The notes: generated by a model not told the origin, from the sequence alone. Shown: positions 10,397-19,863, numbered from the stretch's first letter. The stretch is 64,000 nt of DNA from an uncultured delta proteobacterium (GCA_963729715.1 CAVSPA010000018.1:26942-90941); one strand, 5' to 3'. Made by a program: numbers and translations.

Positions 10397-11380
10397 TTAT
10401 TGAAGCGCCTTCTTGCATAGTTCCGTTATGAATATCGGATTGATTGAATCATCCTTGCATAGCTTCCGAAGATTGAGATAGCACATGGGGCAGAGGAAGA
10501 CCATGGCATCCGCATTCACTTTTTTTGCATCGTCTATATTCCACTTTTTTACAATCGCCGCCCGTTCTTTGTCGCGGGCCATGAGCGGCGCGCCACAGCA
10601 AAGTGCGTTTATTCTTTCGTACTTCCGTGCCGGCCTCTCCACTCCGAGGAGTTCAAAAATCTTATCGAGATAGATATCCTTCCCCTGTGTGTAGCGCGAG
10701 GCGCAGGGGGACTGGTAGGCAACGCGGATGGGAACCGCCTTGAGACGGCCCTCGCGCTTCTTGAGTTCCCGGTAGAGATATTCAAAGATATGGACAGGGT
10801 GGAAAGGCACTTTCAAGCCATACTCCTGGGCCAGCGTGGTCAGCATAGTGTAACAGTCGTCGTGGAAACAGATAACTTCTTTGGCTCCCAAGGCTGCGAG
10901 GTTCTCGATGAATCTCTTTGCCTCCTTCTTAGCGGAGCTCGGTTTCCCGAGGTGAATATGTCCAACAGTACAGAAATAGTCCGCGCCTTCGACAATCGTC
11001 AAATCATCGAAAAGAGGATTGTCCAGAAGTTCACGGACCATATCTCCCACAATGCACAGATTCAGCACGGGTTTGCCCTCTTTGCCTTTTTTTACGATGG
11101 TCGGCAGATTATAGAGCTTAGCGAAATTCTGCATGGCCTGCTCGGGAATGCCGAGGGCACCCGTTTCTTCCTGACGCTGGTTCAGCAAATCGAATGGATT
11201 GGCTTGGGTCGGGCAGACCAAATTGCACGATGCGCAAGTAACGCATAGACCCACAATCGGCGGTGTTCCTCCCGATACAAGCTCCTTCATTTCCTCTTGG
11301 GCCCGATTGAGGTCGTATTCCACATAAGGACAAAACTCCAGGCAGTTTCCACATAAATTGCATTTTTCTTGGTAAAACAT
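10397..11380 (-). CDS. Fe-S binding protein with CCG domains
   Basis: CNLCGNCLEFCP, CVTCASCNLVCP, CCG, CPMC. Confidence 0.85.
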   Translation of the reverse strand: MFYQEKCNLCGNCLEFCPYVEYDLNRAQEEMKELVSGGTPPIVGLCVTCASCNLVCPTQANPFDLLNQRQEETGALGIPEQAMQNFAKLYNLPTIVKKGKEGKPVLNLCIVGDMVRELLDNPLFDDLTIVEGADYFCTVGHIHLGKPSSAKKEAKRFIENLAALGAKEVICFHDDCYTMLTTLAQEYGLKVPFHPVHIFEYLYRELKKREGRLKAVPIRVAYQSPCASRYTQGKDIYLDKIFELLGVERPARKYERINALCCGAPLMARDKERAAIVKKWNIDDAKKVNADAMVFLCPMCYLNLRKLCKDDSINPIFITELCKKALQ

Positions 11381-11454
11381 TGATTCCTCCTTGGCTTTTA
11401 TATTTGGCCGTTTATGTCAGTATGCTTTTTTACTACAATTCAAAAGAATTCGCG

Positions 11455-11560
11455 TCACTTTGCCGGAAGCTGCACCGGCACTGCTTCTCCTTTCGCGCGG
11501 ATCTCACCTTCCGCAGATAACGTGACGCTCACAATGATTTTTCGTTTTCCCGTTCCATTT
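11455..11560 (-). pseudogene. Possible C-terminal remnant of a hotdog-fold (PaaI-like) thioesterase
   Basis: Reads ..GKRKIIVSVTLSAEGEIRAKGEAVPVQLPAK*; resemblance judged by eye. Confidence 0.35.
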
Positions 11561-11590
11561 GAACAATGCCGGCTGGACGCTTAGAGATGC

Positions 11591-12283
11591 TCATTTCCGC
11601 CGTTTCACCGCGTTCAGGGACCGATAATAGCTGTCCATTGTATAAACTGCGGCCAGGGGATTGTGGCCCAGCAGGCGGTCCTTGACGGCAAGTACGGTGC
11701 AGGGGGCCTCGGCATATTTCATGAACAGCGAATCGTGACCAACGCACAATCCCATCATGATGTTAAACTCAGTCTTTTCATGATTGAGCAATAAGGCCTG
11801 GGCGATCGGATTGCACATGGATTCAAAACATCCTATCCTGACTTTTTGATTTTCCAGGATTCCGATCACTTCTTTCGGGACGCGACCAATTTTGCATACA
11901 CCCGAGACGACATCAAAACCGTAGGAAGAAAGAAACCCTTCCACAGCTCTGGCCTCTTTCCTGAGGCCGAGACAGAAGGCAAACCCCAATTTCTTGTAGT
12001 TCATCTTTCCTGCAAATTCTACAATCTCAAGAATCCGGGGTTTGACCGGTTTTGCTTGCGCAAATCCGAGTTCCCTGTCCGCATACCCTTCTCCTTCCTG
12101 AATAGACGCCTGTCTGGCAAATTCCAGGACCTCGCCTTTTTTGAGTTCTTCCAGTGCCTTTTCGATAACAGTTGCTTTATGTACCGTAGGACAGAAAGGT
12201 GGCGCTTTACCGTTTTCTTCCTGGCAGATACGCTCCTGACGTTCAAAAGGGCAGCGGGCGCATTGCGGATGGTTGTGTTCCAT
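11591..12283 (-). CDS. DUF1847 family metal-binding protein
   Basis: AFCLGL, CKIG, MCNPIAQA, GLCVGHDSLF, KDRLLGHNP. Confidence 0.85.
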   Translation of the reverse strand: MEHNHPQCARCPFERQERICQEENGKAPPFCPTVHKATVIEKALEELKKGEVLEFARQASIQEGEGYADRELGFAQAKPVKPRILEIVEFAGKMNYKKLGFAFCLGLRKEARAVEGFLSSYGFDVVSGVCKIGRVPKEVIGILENQKVRIGCFESMCNPIAQALLLNHEKTEFNIMMGLCVGHDSLFMKYAEAPCTVLAVKDRLLGHNPLAAVYTMDSYYRSLNAVKRRK

Positions 12284-12469
12284 CAGGTCTCTCCTTGAAC
12301 ATTATAATATTTCTCTATAGGCGGCACTGAACGGGTACCGGTGTAATCTTGGCGTGATTCTTCTCTCTTTCCGGGGGTGATCCCGGACGATTTGAGACTG
12401 CTTATAATGCCGTATCCCCCTTGAATATCATACACCACACCGTTAGACTGATCAGCGTTTCCTCTTACA

Positions 12470-12901
12470 TCATTTATCCTTTTTCCCGACGGCGAAGTCC
12501 CTCAATGCTCTATGCAGTGTCGTGGCGGCGAGAAGGGCACAATGCCTGGCTTCTTCCGGCATCCCTCCCAGATGCTCCAGGATGGCATTCTGGTTGATCC
12601 TGATGCAGTCCTTCGGGGCTTTCCCCTTAGCCATCACTGTGGCAGCCGAGACAGCGGCATGGGATGTCATGCAACCATCTGTGGTATATCGGACGTCTTC
12701 AATTCTGCCGCTTTTCACCCGTAGAAATATTTCTACCGTATCCCCGCATGGTCCGGTTATCTTTGCATAGCCGTCCGGCTTTTTTATTGTACCGCAATTT
12801 CTCGGGTTAGTCCCGTAATCAATGACTCTTCCGGAAAAAAGATTCTTGGTTTTTTCCAAGAGCAAATCCATCATTTCTTTTTTGATCTCGTCTTCTTCCA
12901 C
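12470..12901 (-). CDS. NifU/IscU-like Fe-S scaffold protein
   Basis: NPRN.G, GPCGD, TDGC, HCA. Confidence 0.85.
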   Translation of the reverse strand: MEEDEIKKEMMDLLLEKTKNLFSGRVIDYGTNPRNCGTIKKPDGYAKITGPCGDTVEIFLRVKSGRIEDVRYTTDGCMTSHAAVSAATVMAKGKAPKDCIRINQNAILEHLGGMPEEARHCALLAATTLHRALRDFAVGKKDK

Positions 12902-12937
12902 TTCCTTAATCCTGCCTGCGATTCCTCTGCGGGGCGC

Positions 12938-13186
12938 TTATTTGTGACATGCCGCCCCCTGCGCACACGGCGCCGTGTCGCACCGCTCCTCTCTGCCGCA
13001 GCAGGTCCTGCCTCCTCGAGAACCCATTATCTGACCTATTCTCGATGTGACCCCCTTCGACAGGATTCTCTTTAAGTCTTCATTTCCGCAGACACGGCAC
13101 CTCCTCGCGGTTTGCTCCTCCGTCATACCTTCAAGCAACTCGGAGATTCCGCCGCATGCGGTGCATTCATACTCATAAATCGGCAT
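12938..13186 (-). CDS. FmdB family zinc-ribbon protein
   Basis: MPIYEYECTACG..CRVCG..L.RILS; Cys-rich tail. Confidence 0.88.
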   Translation of the reverse strand: MPIYEYECTACGGISELLEGMTEEQTARRCRVCGNEDLKRILSKGVTSRIGQIMGSRGGRTCCGREERCDTAPCAQGAACHK

Positions 13187-13202
13187 AGTGCAAAAGACCT
13201 CT

Positions 13203-14084
13203 CTATTTCTTTGTCATTCCTAAAATCGGTTTGACGGCTTTGACAAAGGCCTTGGCCGCAGAGGTTTTCCCGTAATGATAGATAAATGGTTTCCCGTTGT
13301 CCGAAGCCTCCACGATCAGCGGTTCTATGGGAATGCGCCCGAGAAAGGGAACTCCCATTTCGCCTGCCATTTTTTCGCCACCTCCACGCTTAAAGACATC
13401 GACGCCTTTCCCGCAGTGCGGGCAGACGAGACCGCTCATGTTTTCAATCACCCCCAGGACGGGAACTTTCAACTGTTTACAGAAATCTATGGATTTTCGC
13501 ACGTCGATGAGAGACAAATCCTGGGGCGTGGTCACAATAACGGCGCCGTCTGCGTCAGGAATCATTTGAGCCACGGAAAGGGGTTCATCTCCCGTGCCCG
13601 GAGGAAAGTCAATAACGAGGTAATCGAGATGACCCCAATTCACCTCCGTCAAAAGCTGTTTTATGACATTGACCTTCATGGGGCCTCTCCAGATCACGGC
13701 CCTGTTCTGTTCAGGCATAAAGAATCCTATGGACATTACTTTTATTCCTTCCACAAAATCCACAGGGTTAATGCCTTCATCGCCGGTTTTCACCGACTTC
13801 CCATTGAGATGGAGCAGAGTGGGGATACTGGGACCATGCAAGTCTACATCCAGAATTCCCACCTGTTTTCCTTGCATGGCCAGGGCAACGGCGATATTAA
13901 CCGCCACAGTGCTCTTGCCGACGCCGCCCTTCCCGGACAGCACCATGATCTTATGATCGATCTGCGCCATACGATTTGCCAGTGTTACATCTTCGGTACT
14001 GTCATTTAATCTATTATCAGGTTCCTTGTATTTGCCTTGACAACCCTGGTCTTCACCACCACTGTGTTTTTCACAATCCATCAT
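13203..14084 (-). CDS. apbC: Mrp/NBP35/ApbC Fe-S carrier ATPase
   Basis: SGKGGVGKST, WRGPM, DFPPGTGD, VTTPQ, ENMS..CPHC. Confidence 0.92.
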   Translation of the reverse strand: MMDCEKHSGGEDQGCQGKYKEPDNRLNDSTEDVTLANRMAQIDHKIMVLSGKGGVGKSTVAVNIAVALAMQGKQVGILDVDLHGPSIPTLLHLNGKSVKTGDEGINPVDFVEGIKVMSIGFFMPEQNRAVIWRGPMKVNVIKQLLTEVNWGHLDYLVIDFPPGTGDEPLSVAQMIPDADGAVIVTTPQDLSLIDVRKSIDFCKQLKVPVLGVIENMSGLVCPHCGKGVDVFKRGGGEKMAGEMGVPFLGRIPIEPLIVEASDNGKPFIYHYGKTSAAKAFVKAVKPILGMTKK

Positions 14085-14093
14085 CGCTCACCT

Positions 14094-14201
14094 TTAGTTG
14101 CTTGGTTTCGTATCCTGCATTATGGGCTCCATTTTATTCCAAATGGAAATTATTTCACCCGCCACCTTGTCCTGCGCATATTCAATTCGCTTAAGCCTCA
14201 T
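14094..14201 (-). pseudogene. 35-aa ORF, possible C-terminal remnant of a MinD-type ferredoxin ATPase (COG1149)
   Basis: MRLKRIEYAQDKVAGEIISIWNKMEPIMQDTKPSN*; the position matches where such ATPases usually lie in DUF134/NifX/Mrp operons. Confidence 0.3.
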
Positions 14202-15670
14202 TATTTCTTTTTCTTTTCCGGTTCTGGAATCTCCTCAGTTATGCCGGCAATTTTTCTGGCGTATTCGGCAAACTGGTCAATTGGGGTAAGAGCCCTGACA
14301 ACCAGTTTTGCACCATCAGGAGAACCGCCGCCGTGCATACATCCAGGAACGCCTGCGCCGAGCGTCAGCCATTCAGAAAGCCTTGCTGCGCGCGCCCTTG
14401 ATTCAGCGCTGAACTTACCGGAGGCTTTCAGGGCCGATTGAACCATGGCTCCTAATTTTGGGTCATTAAAGTCTTTCGAAGACGGGAAACATCCTGTTTC
14501 AACGATACCGCCGCCGATGTCCTGGCAGATACGCTTTGTTTCATAAGGGAGAGTTGCCACATGTACTTTATTGGCATGAGCGGTCAAGGGATCTGAAACC
14601 CACATACCACCGGGACCTTTCTTTCCAAGGGCCATCGCACCAATTCCCATGCAGTATGTTGTCTCATTGTTGACAGCCATCTCTACCAGCTTGTTTGCAA
14701 ACGTGCTGGCTGCCAATCCGTTCGTCCTTGCCATAAGCGCCGCAGCGCCGATCATCACGTCTCCCTGACCGGCGACACATGCGCCGATGCACGCACGGTA
14801 GTTAGCTGTGAAATATCCAATTATATTGCCTGTATATTTGAATTCTTTACACATAAAAACCCTGTCATTGGGAACAAAGCAGTCCTTGAAAAACAGGAAA
14901 GACTGGGTGATGCCTGAGTCGGGAATGTCGAATCCGCCTTCCATTTCTCTCGTATCGCTCGGCCTCCGGGCCTCCACGATTGTAAGACCTTTTATATCCC
15001 GCGGCACAACGCAGCTCACTGCATAGTCCTGATCCTCTTCCCTGTAGGCGCCTCCCGGCAAAAGAAATATTTCGTTAGAGGCGGCCACACCGCAGATCAT
15101 CGCCTTCATTCCACTGATTATGATGCCGTCTTCGCGGACTTCTGTAATATGCAGATTGCTGTCGGGATTCGCCTGCTGTGATGGTCTCAGGCTGCGATCC
15201 CCTTTGGCATCTGTAAGAGCCCCCGCTACGAGAAGGCCGTTTTTCTGAGAATTGATAATCCATTTTTTGAGCCGCTCCTGATATTTCGTGCCTAATTCCT
15301 TGTCCATAAGCGACGTGATATTCCACATAACGTTCTGGGCGTTCCAGCCTACGCACACTCCGCCGCTGCAGCTTCCTGTCAAGCGATACATCCACCTCTT
15401 CATCCTGGAATTGGCCATAATATCTTCAAGGGTTTCCATCATGGAATTCCATCTGTGGATCTTTTCACCGCTTATGAAGGTGGAGGTAGTAGTGAAATCA
15501 TCTGCTAATTTTGGGTCATGCGATGCGTCAATTGCCCGTGCATGGCTTTCTACGACTCTTTTTGTTGCCGGATGAATTGTTACGTCTTCAATCAGCTCTC
15601 CAAATTTGTAAATGTTCGGCCTCATTGCCTTTAATGATTTCTTGTATTCCTCTCTCGTCTTCAAAGCCAT
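14201..15670 (-). CDS. 4-hydroxybutyryl-CoA dehydratase / 4-hydroxyphenylacetate 3-hydroxylase family flavoprotein (divergent)
   Basis: MALKTREEY..SL, TDAKGDRS, G.KA, FVPNDRVFM, QDIGGG, MHGGGSP; start ATG 15670 after AAGGAGG. Confidence 0.85.
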   Translation of the reverse strand: MALKTREEYKKSLKAMRPNIYKFGELIEDVTIHPATKRVVESHARAIDASHDPKLADDFTTTSTFISGEKIHRWNSMMETLEDIMANSRMKRWMYRLTGSCSGGVCVGWNAQNVMWNITSLMDKELGTKYQERLKKWIINSQKNGLLVAGALTDAKGDRSLRPSQQANPDSNLHITEVREDGIIISGMKAMICGVAASNEIFLLPGGAYREEDQDYAVSCVVPRDIKGLTIVEARRPSDTREMEGGFDIPDSGITQSFLFFKDCFVPNDRVFMCKEFKYTGNIIGYFTANYRACIGACVAGQGDVMIGAAALMARTNGLAASTFANKLVEMAVNNETTYCMGIGAMALGKKGPGGMWVSDPLTAHANKVHVATLPYETKRICQDIGGGIVETGCFPSSKDFNDPKLGAMVQSALKASGKFSAESRARAARLSEWLTLGAGVPGCMHGGGSPDGAKLVVRALTPIDQFAEYARKIAGITEEIPEPEKKKK

Positions 15671-16115
15671 TTTGTTGTCCTCCTTAAATAAATTATTTTT
15701 TGTACCTTTCATAAAATTCATAACCAATTGTAATTACCGTTTTATTTGGCATACCATTTTTCCCCATAGAAATGGCCTTTTATCTGCCCAATAACAGGCT
15801 CTAAAAAGTTCGCAAAGTAAGTCTGCGTCTGCCTCTGGTGGCATCCTAAATTCCTCAACGGTTCAGCATGCATCATTGGTCACCGTCACAAAATCCGATT
15901 CGTTAAAACCCTCTTCCAAATCTCTAATTTTGTGAAGCCCTATAATCATAATCTGTCCCTTGTGCTCTATGCCAATAACAAGTATTTCAAAAATAGGCTC
16001 TTGTCGATGAAGACAATTCTTAATTACAGTAAATGTCATATTTCTGGAGTCACTTGGCAGAACCGGGGATTTAGAAGCCTTTTATGCAGACATATTGGCA
16101 AATATGTATTTCCTA

Positions 16116-16490
16116 TCAATGACCACAGCATCCCTGATGGCCGCTGCATGTGTGATGTAGAGTCAGTTCGGGCAGCCTGTTGTCTTTTAGTAATTCAAGG
16201 TTCTCTTTTACTGTCTCGCTTGCCGATTTATATACCTTAATATCGTCCGCATTGAGTTTCCTCAGAGCCCCTGCGCCGATCCCACCGACAACTACCGCGT
16301 CAATCCTATGCCCTCCCACAGCCATGACAGGATTGCACGCCCCATGGACGTGGTCCAGGTCTTTGTTGCCGACCGTTATCGTGCTCTGGAGTTCCGTGTT
16401 AACAACAATGAATTCAGGTGCTGAACCAAAATGATCATACACCTTGCTGTTGACGCCTTCATCTTTATAAACTGGGAAACATACTTTCAC
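16116..16490 (-). CDS. NifB/NifX family metal-cofactor binding protein
   Basis: HFGSAP, GGIGAGA, C-terminal His/Cys-rich tail. Confidence 0.88.
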   Translation of the reverse strand: MKVCFPVYKDEGVNSKVYDHFGSAPEFIVVNTELQSTITVGNKDLDHVHGACNPVMAVGGHRIDAVVVGGIGAGALRKLNADDIKVYKSASETVKENLELLKDNRLPELTLHHTCSGHQGCCGH

Positions 16491-16532
16491 GCTTCAATCT
16501 CCTTTTCAAATTAATATTATTTTCTTTTTACG

Positions 16533-17015
16533 TTATTTTTGATGAATCCCGCGACATCCGCAGCCCTGACCCATACGTCTGCGTCCACCCGCAGCGAATC
16601 CTCTGTCTTCTTCCGCCCTGTGTATATTTACACTCTGGCAGGAAGGACAACCTCTAATTCTCCCTGTTCCATGTGGTACTTCCCAAGTATGCTGACAATC
16701 GTAACATTTAAATTTTCTCATGGCGTTCATTTCAAAATTACCTCCTTCAATCTTCAACGTTTTTCCTTGAACCAATGTCTCCGCCACCTTATGTCGCGCC
16801 GCTTCAATAATCCTTCCGAAAGTCGGCCGTGAGACATTCATCTGTTCTGCCGCCTTATCGTGGTAAAGCCGGTCAAGATCCGCCAAGCGGATTGCCTCAA
16901 ACTCATCCATGGATAAGACCACGTGATCAAGCGCGGATGCTGGCACACCGGCCGGCTTGAAAATTTGGCATACCGGTTCTCCTGCTACTCTCCGACAACA
17001 TTTTGGCCTCCCCAT
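16533..17015 (-). CDS. DUF134 (HTH) protein with C-terminal zinc ribbon
   Basis: MGRPKCCRRV, FKPAG, EFEAIRLAD, MNVSRPTFGRI, IEGG, CYDC..CPSC; start ATG 17015. Confidence 0.88.
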   Translation of the reverse strand: MGRPKCCRRVAGEPVCQIFKPAGVPASALDHVVLSMDEFEAIRLADLDRLYHDKAAEQMNVSRPTFGRIIEAARHKVAETLVQGKTLKIEGGNFEMNAMRKFKCYDCQHTWEVPHGTGRIRGCPSCQSVNIHRAEEDRGFAAGGRRRMGQGCGCRGIHQK

Positions 17016-17034
17016 TCTTCTTTCTCCTGGACGC

Positions 17035-17063
17035 ATTATAAGCATATGCCCATAACTTGTCAA
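17035..17063 (-). promoter_or_regulatory. Sigma70 promoter with overlapping palindromic operator
   Basis: Minus strand TTGACA-N17-TATAAT; TTATAAGCATATGCCCATAA (17036-17055) is a 16/20 palindrome. Confidence 0.8.
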
Positions 17064-17087
17064 GTGAAAAAGTAATATTATTGTAAG

Positions 17088-17727
17088 GTATGCCGTGTAA
17101 AACGTATGACTAGTCGGTTAAAGTCCGACGGTGGGAGTTCTGTAGTTCGCCCACGTAGCTGGAGGGAAGTGTTAAGGGTAACCTGAAGCATTAAGTTCCC
17201 TGACAAAGGTTCCTATAGGGAGTCGAGCAAACCTGCGGGTCGCAGCGTGAGCGAACCTAGATGTAGCCTCAAAAATCACAATGGAGTTGTCGACCCTCTC
17301 CTACACAGGGGAAGACCGGAGCATCTATCCTGACGAAAACCACCAGAACCGATAGATGGACTTCCGTGGTAACAGGGGTGACACGCAGGGGCAGCCAGAC
17401 GAGAATGAACGCGGGAGACCCTTGTCGATGCTGCGAGAGCGGCAACTGGTGGATATAAGGAAACGAAGTTTCACTGGGTCGGCACGGGAGTCGGAGTTGC
17501 CCATAGTACCGCTTGTATCTCAAGGACAGCATAACCTTGAGAGAGGAAAGGGGCAATACCTTCATCATGCTTCTAAAGGAGAGAAGGAAAGGAGATTGCG
17601 GTAACGCTATCAACTCCAAAGATTCCAGGAACTCCGGTGGAAGCTATACTGGAAGGCCAAGTGAAAGCGAAAGCCTCTGGAAGAAGATGATTGGAAAGCC
17701 GTGTGCGGGAAAACTGCATGCACGGTT
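17088..17727 (+). mobile_element. ORF-less group II intron (IEP deleted), lacking domain VI
   Basis: 5' GTATG (GUGYG-like); GAGTCGGAG..CATAGTACC..GGAAAGGG motifs; IEP stubs LSTPKI/QELRWKLYWKAK* and AKASGRR* at 17607-17690; domain V GAAAGCCGTGTGCGGGAAAACTGCATGCACGGTT at 17694-17727. Confidence 0.85.
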
Positions 17728-17935
17728 GTGTGTCCAGCGAAGGCTGGTCTGTTCAGTAGGAGTCAAACCTGCCAGGGTAAAAGCCAGAGCCCTGTAGCTT
17801 GGATAGCAGGGTGGAGGAAAACCAAAATCTTGGAGCCTATTGACACACCCATCAAAAGGAAGGGAGCGAGTTACCAGGCCGTAACGAGAGTGAACGCAGA
17901 GGTGGCCCCGAAAGTTCGAAGCCTCGGAAGCAGAG
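17728..17935 (+). mobile_element. 5' fragment of a second group II intron joined at domain V of the first
   Basis: Begins GTGTG immediately after DV ..CACGGTT; domain-I-like motifs (CCTGTAGCT, GGCCGTAACGAGAGTGAAC, GCCCCGAAA); 3' part missing, end approximate. Confidence 0.7.
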
Positions 17936-18172
17936 CTGGAGCTCACTATCAGTGGAACCACGCTTATTTGGAGGTTTCGTTTTACATGGGCCTCACCTGA
18001 GGTACAAATGCCTCGCCCGATCGCGACATGGAAGGAATTTGACCCTTCGCAAATCATAGGACGCGAAGCTACCAGTAGAACATCCGGACATAGCAAATTT
18101 ACTATCAGCGAAGACGGCAGCAGCATAACCGAGAATGGTGCAGACGGCACTTTCACGTACTACCGTCAGTAA
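17930..18172 (+). pseudogene. 3' fragment of an unknown protein gene fused to the intron remnant
   Basis: Open frame AELELTISGTTLIWRFRF..KFTISEDGSSITENGADGTFTYYRQ* with no convincing 5' start/RBS. Confidence 0.35.
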
Positions 18173-18454
18173 AGGCAAGGGTTTCGGAGTCTGTGCTTGG
18201 GGCCGAACTTTGCGTTGGTTTGAAATGGCAATGCCCTGTGTTCAGCCCCATGGCTGACACAATAGTTGTGGGTGCCACTATTAACGGATCTCTTTCATAT
18301 TTTGATTCATCTTTCTCACGCAGTACGGGTTGAAACACGCGAAGGCTCGAAAGCTTATTTTCAGTTCGCATAAAATCCGGCTGCCTTCCTTGTTTGACAT
18401 GCCTATCAGGACATTGTAGAGTTTAAGTCATAATACTTCCATGGAGGTGCCACG

Positions 18455-19060
18455 GTGGAATTATCAGAAGTTATCGCTTCACGGCGAAGCATTCGTAAAT
18501 TCAGACAGCAGGATATTTCGGCTGACACTATCCGCCTGCTGCTCGAGGCTGCGCGGCTTGCCCCTTCGGGATCAAACCTCCAGCCCTGGCGCTTTATCAT
18601 TGCTCAATCACCTGCCGCCAAAGAGGCCCTTGGCCGATGTACGCCCTATAAGTTTATAGTCAAGGCAGCGGCTATTTTTGTATGCTGCGCCGACCTGACG
18701 GCCATGACAACAAGAGAGCGTCGTCTCGGAGAACTGGTGCAAGAAGGCGCCTTCGAAGGTGTGGATATAGATATGAATGATGCATCAATCACAGCCAGCC
18801 CTATCGTGGACGCGGAAACGGTTAAGGCCTATCTTTCCATGAATGTGGCGATAGCTGTAGAGCACATCGCCCTTAAGACCGTCGATCTGGGTCTGGGCAG
18901 TTGCTGGCTTGCAAGGTTTGATCGCGATAAGGTAAAGGAATATCTGGCGCTAAACGAAAGTATCCACCCGGTAGTGCTTTTGCCCGTAGGTCATCCCGAT
19001 CAGTCACCCAAAGCAAGACCGCGCTTTGCTTTGGACAAGTTGGTGCTGAAGATAATCTAA
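18455..19060 (+). CDS. Nitroreductase family protein
   Basis: RRSIRKF, APSGSNLQPWRF, GLGSCW, PKARPR. Confidence 0.92.
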   Translation: MELSEVIASRRSIRKFRQQDISADTIRLLLEAARLAPSGSNLQPWRFIIAQSPAAKEALGRCTPYKFIVKAAAIFVCCADLTAMTTRERRLGELVQEGAFEGVDIDMNDASITASPIVDAETVKAYLSMNVAIAVEHIALKTVDLGLGSCWLARFDRDKVKEYLALNESIHPVVLLPVGHPDQSPKARPRFALDKLVLKII

Positions 19061-19131
19061 GCAAGTACCGAGCTTCGGGGACATCATCCGGGCATGCTTC
19101 TCCCAGGAATGATGAATAGGGGATAACTATT

Positions 19132-19800
19132 ATGAAAAAGATTACTTGTTTCGTCCTTTGGATTACGTGTCTTTGCCTTTCGCTTTCCGGAAATGTATGT
19201 TTAGCTCAACGCACAGCAGGTATAAAAGGAACCGCCGACTTTCCGCAATCAACCATCCTTGAATTAAAGAATATCGGCGTGATGATCGGGGAAGGTGAAC
19301 CTCAGGAGAGATATCTGGCAGCCTGGAAACAGTTGGCAGGTAAATCAAAGAACATGGATATTGGTCGGGCAGTCAATATCGTCATTGAAGAGGCTAAACA
19401 GGAAATCAACCGAAATGTGAATCAACATCGTTTCAAGGTACAAAAGTATGTTGAGATAAAAAGAAATATAGCTCAGGAAATAAACGTTAACCGCTCAATT
19501 TTAAGCCGGTCAGCAGGCAGGATTCAGCCGATTCAGAAGAGTATATATGTGATAGAGCGCGGCAACCCGGACAAATTCACAATCCAGAAAGGAAATGTAA
19601 TTAATACGAGAAGTGAGCTGGAAAAATATACTAAAGATTTGGAAGATCAATTGAACTCAGTGGGAGACGACGCGCAATTAGCAAACGTTGACTTACAAAA
19701 TGTCCTACAAAAACAGCAACAGACCATGCAGATGATGTCAAATATTTCGAAACTGCTCAGTGATACCGCAATGGCTGTTATCCGGAAAATAGGCGGATAA
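19132..19800 (+). CDS. Secreted coiled-coil protein with T3SS-needle-like C-terminal helix
   Basis: Signal peptide; C-terminus DDAQLANVDLQNVLQKQQQTMQMMSNISKLLSDTAMAVIRKIGG. Confidence 0.65.
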   Translation: MKKITCFVLWITCLCLSLSGNVCLAQRTAGIKGTADFPQSTILELKNIGVMIGEGEPQERYLAAWKQLAGKSKNMDIGRAVNIVIEEAKQEINRNVNQHRFKVQKYVEIKRNIAQEINVNRSILSRSAGRIQPIQKSIYVIERGNPDKFTIQKGNVINTRSELEKYTKDLEDQLNSVGDDAQLANVDLQNVLQKQQQTMQMMSNISKLLSDTAMAVIRKIGG

Positions 19801-19863
19801 GTTCATAGAATTTTTTCGCGGCCGTGTACAAATTTCTATGAACATAATCAGACCGTCTGCATA

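Noticed and set aside
12470..16490. Nitrogen fixation inferred from NifU-like and NifX-like genes
   Set aside because: No nifHDK; these domains are common in generic metal-cofactor operons.
17269..18156. Several 60-170 aa ORFs
   Set aside because: They overlap group II intron RNA sequence and are not credible proteins.
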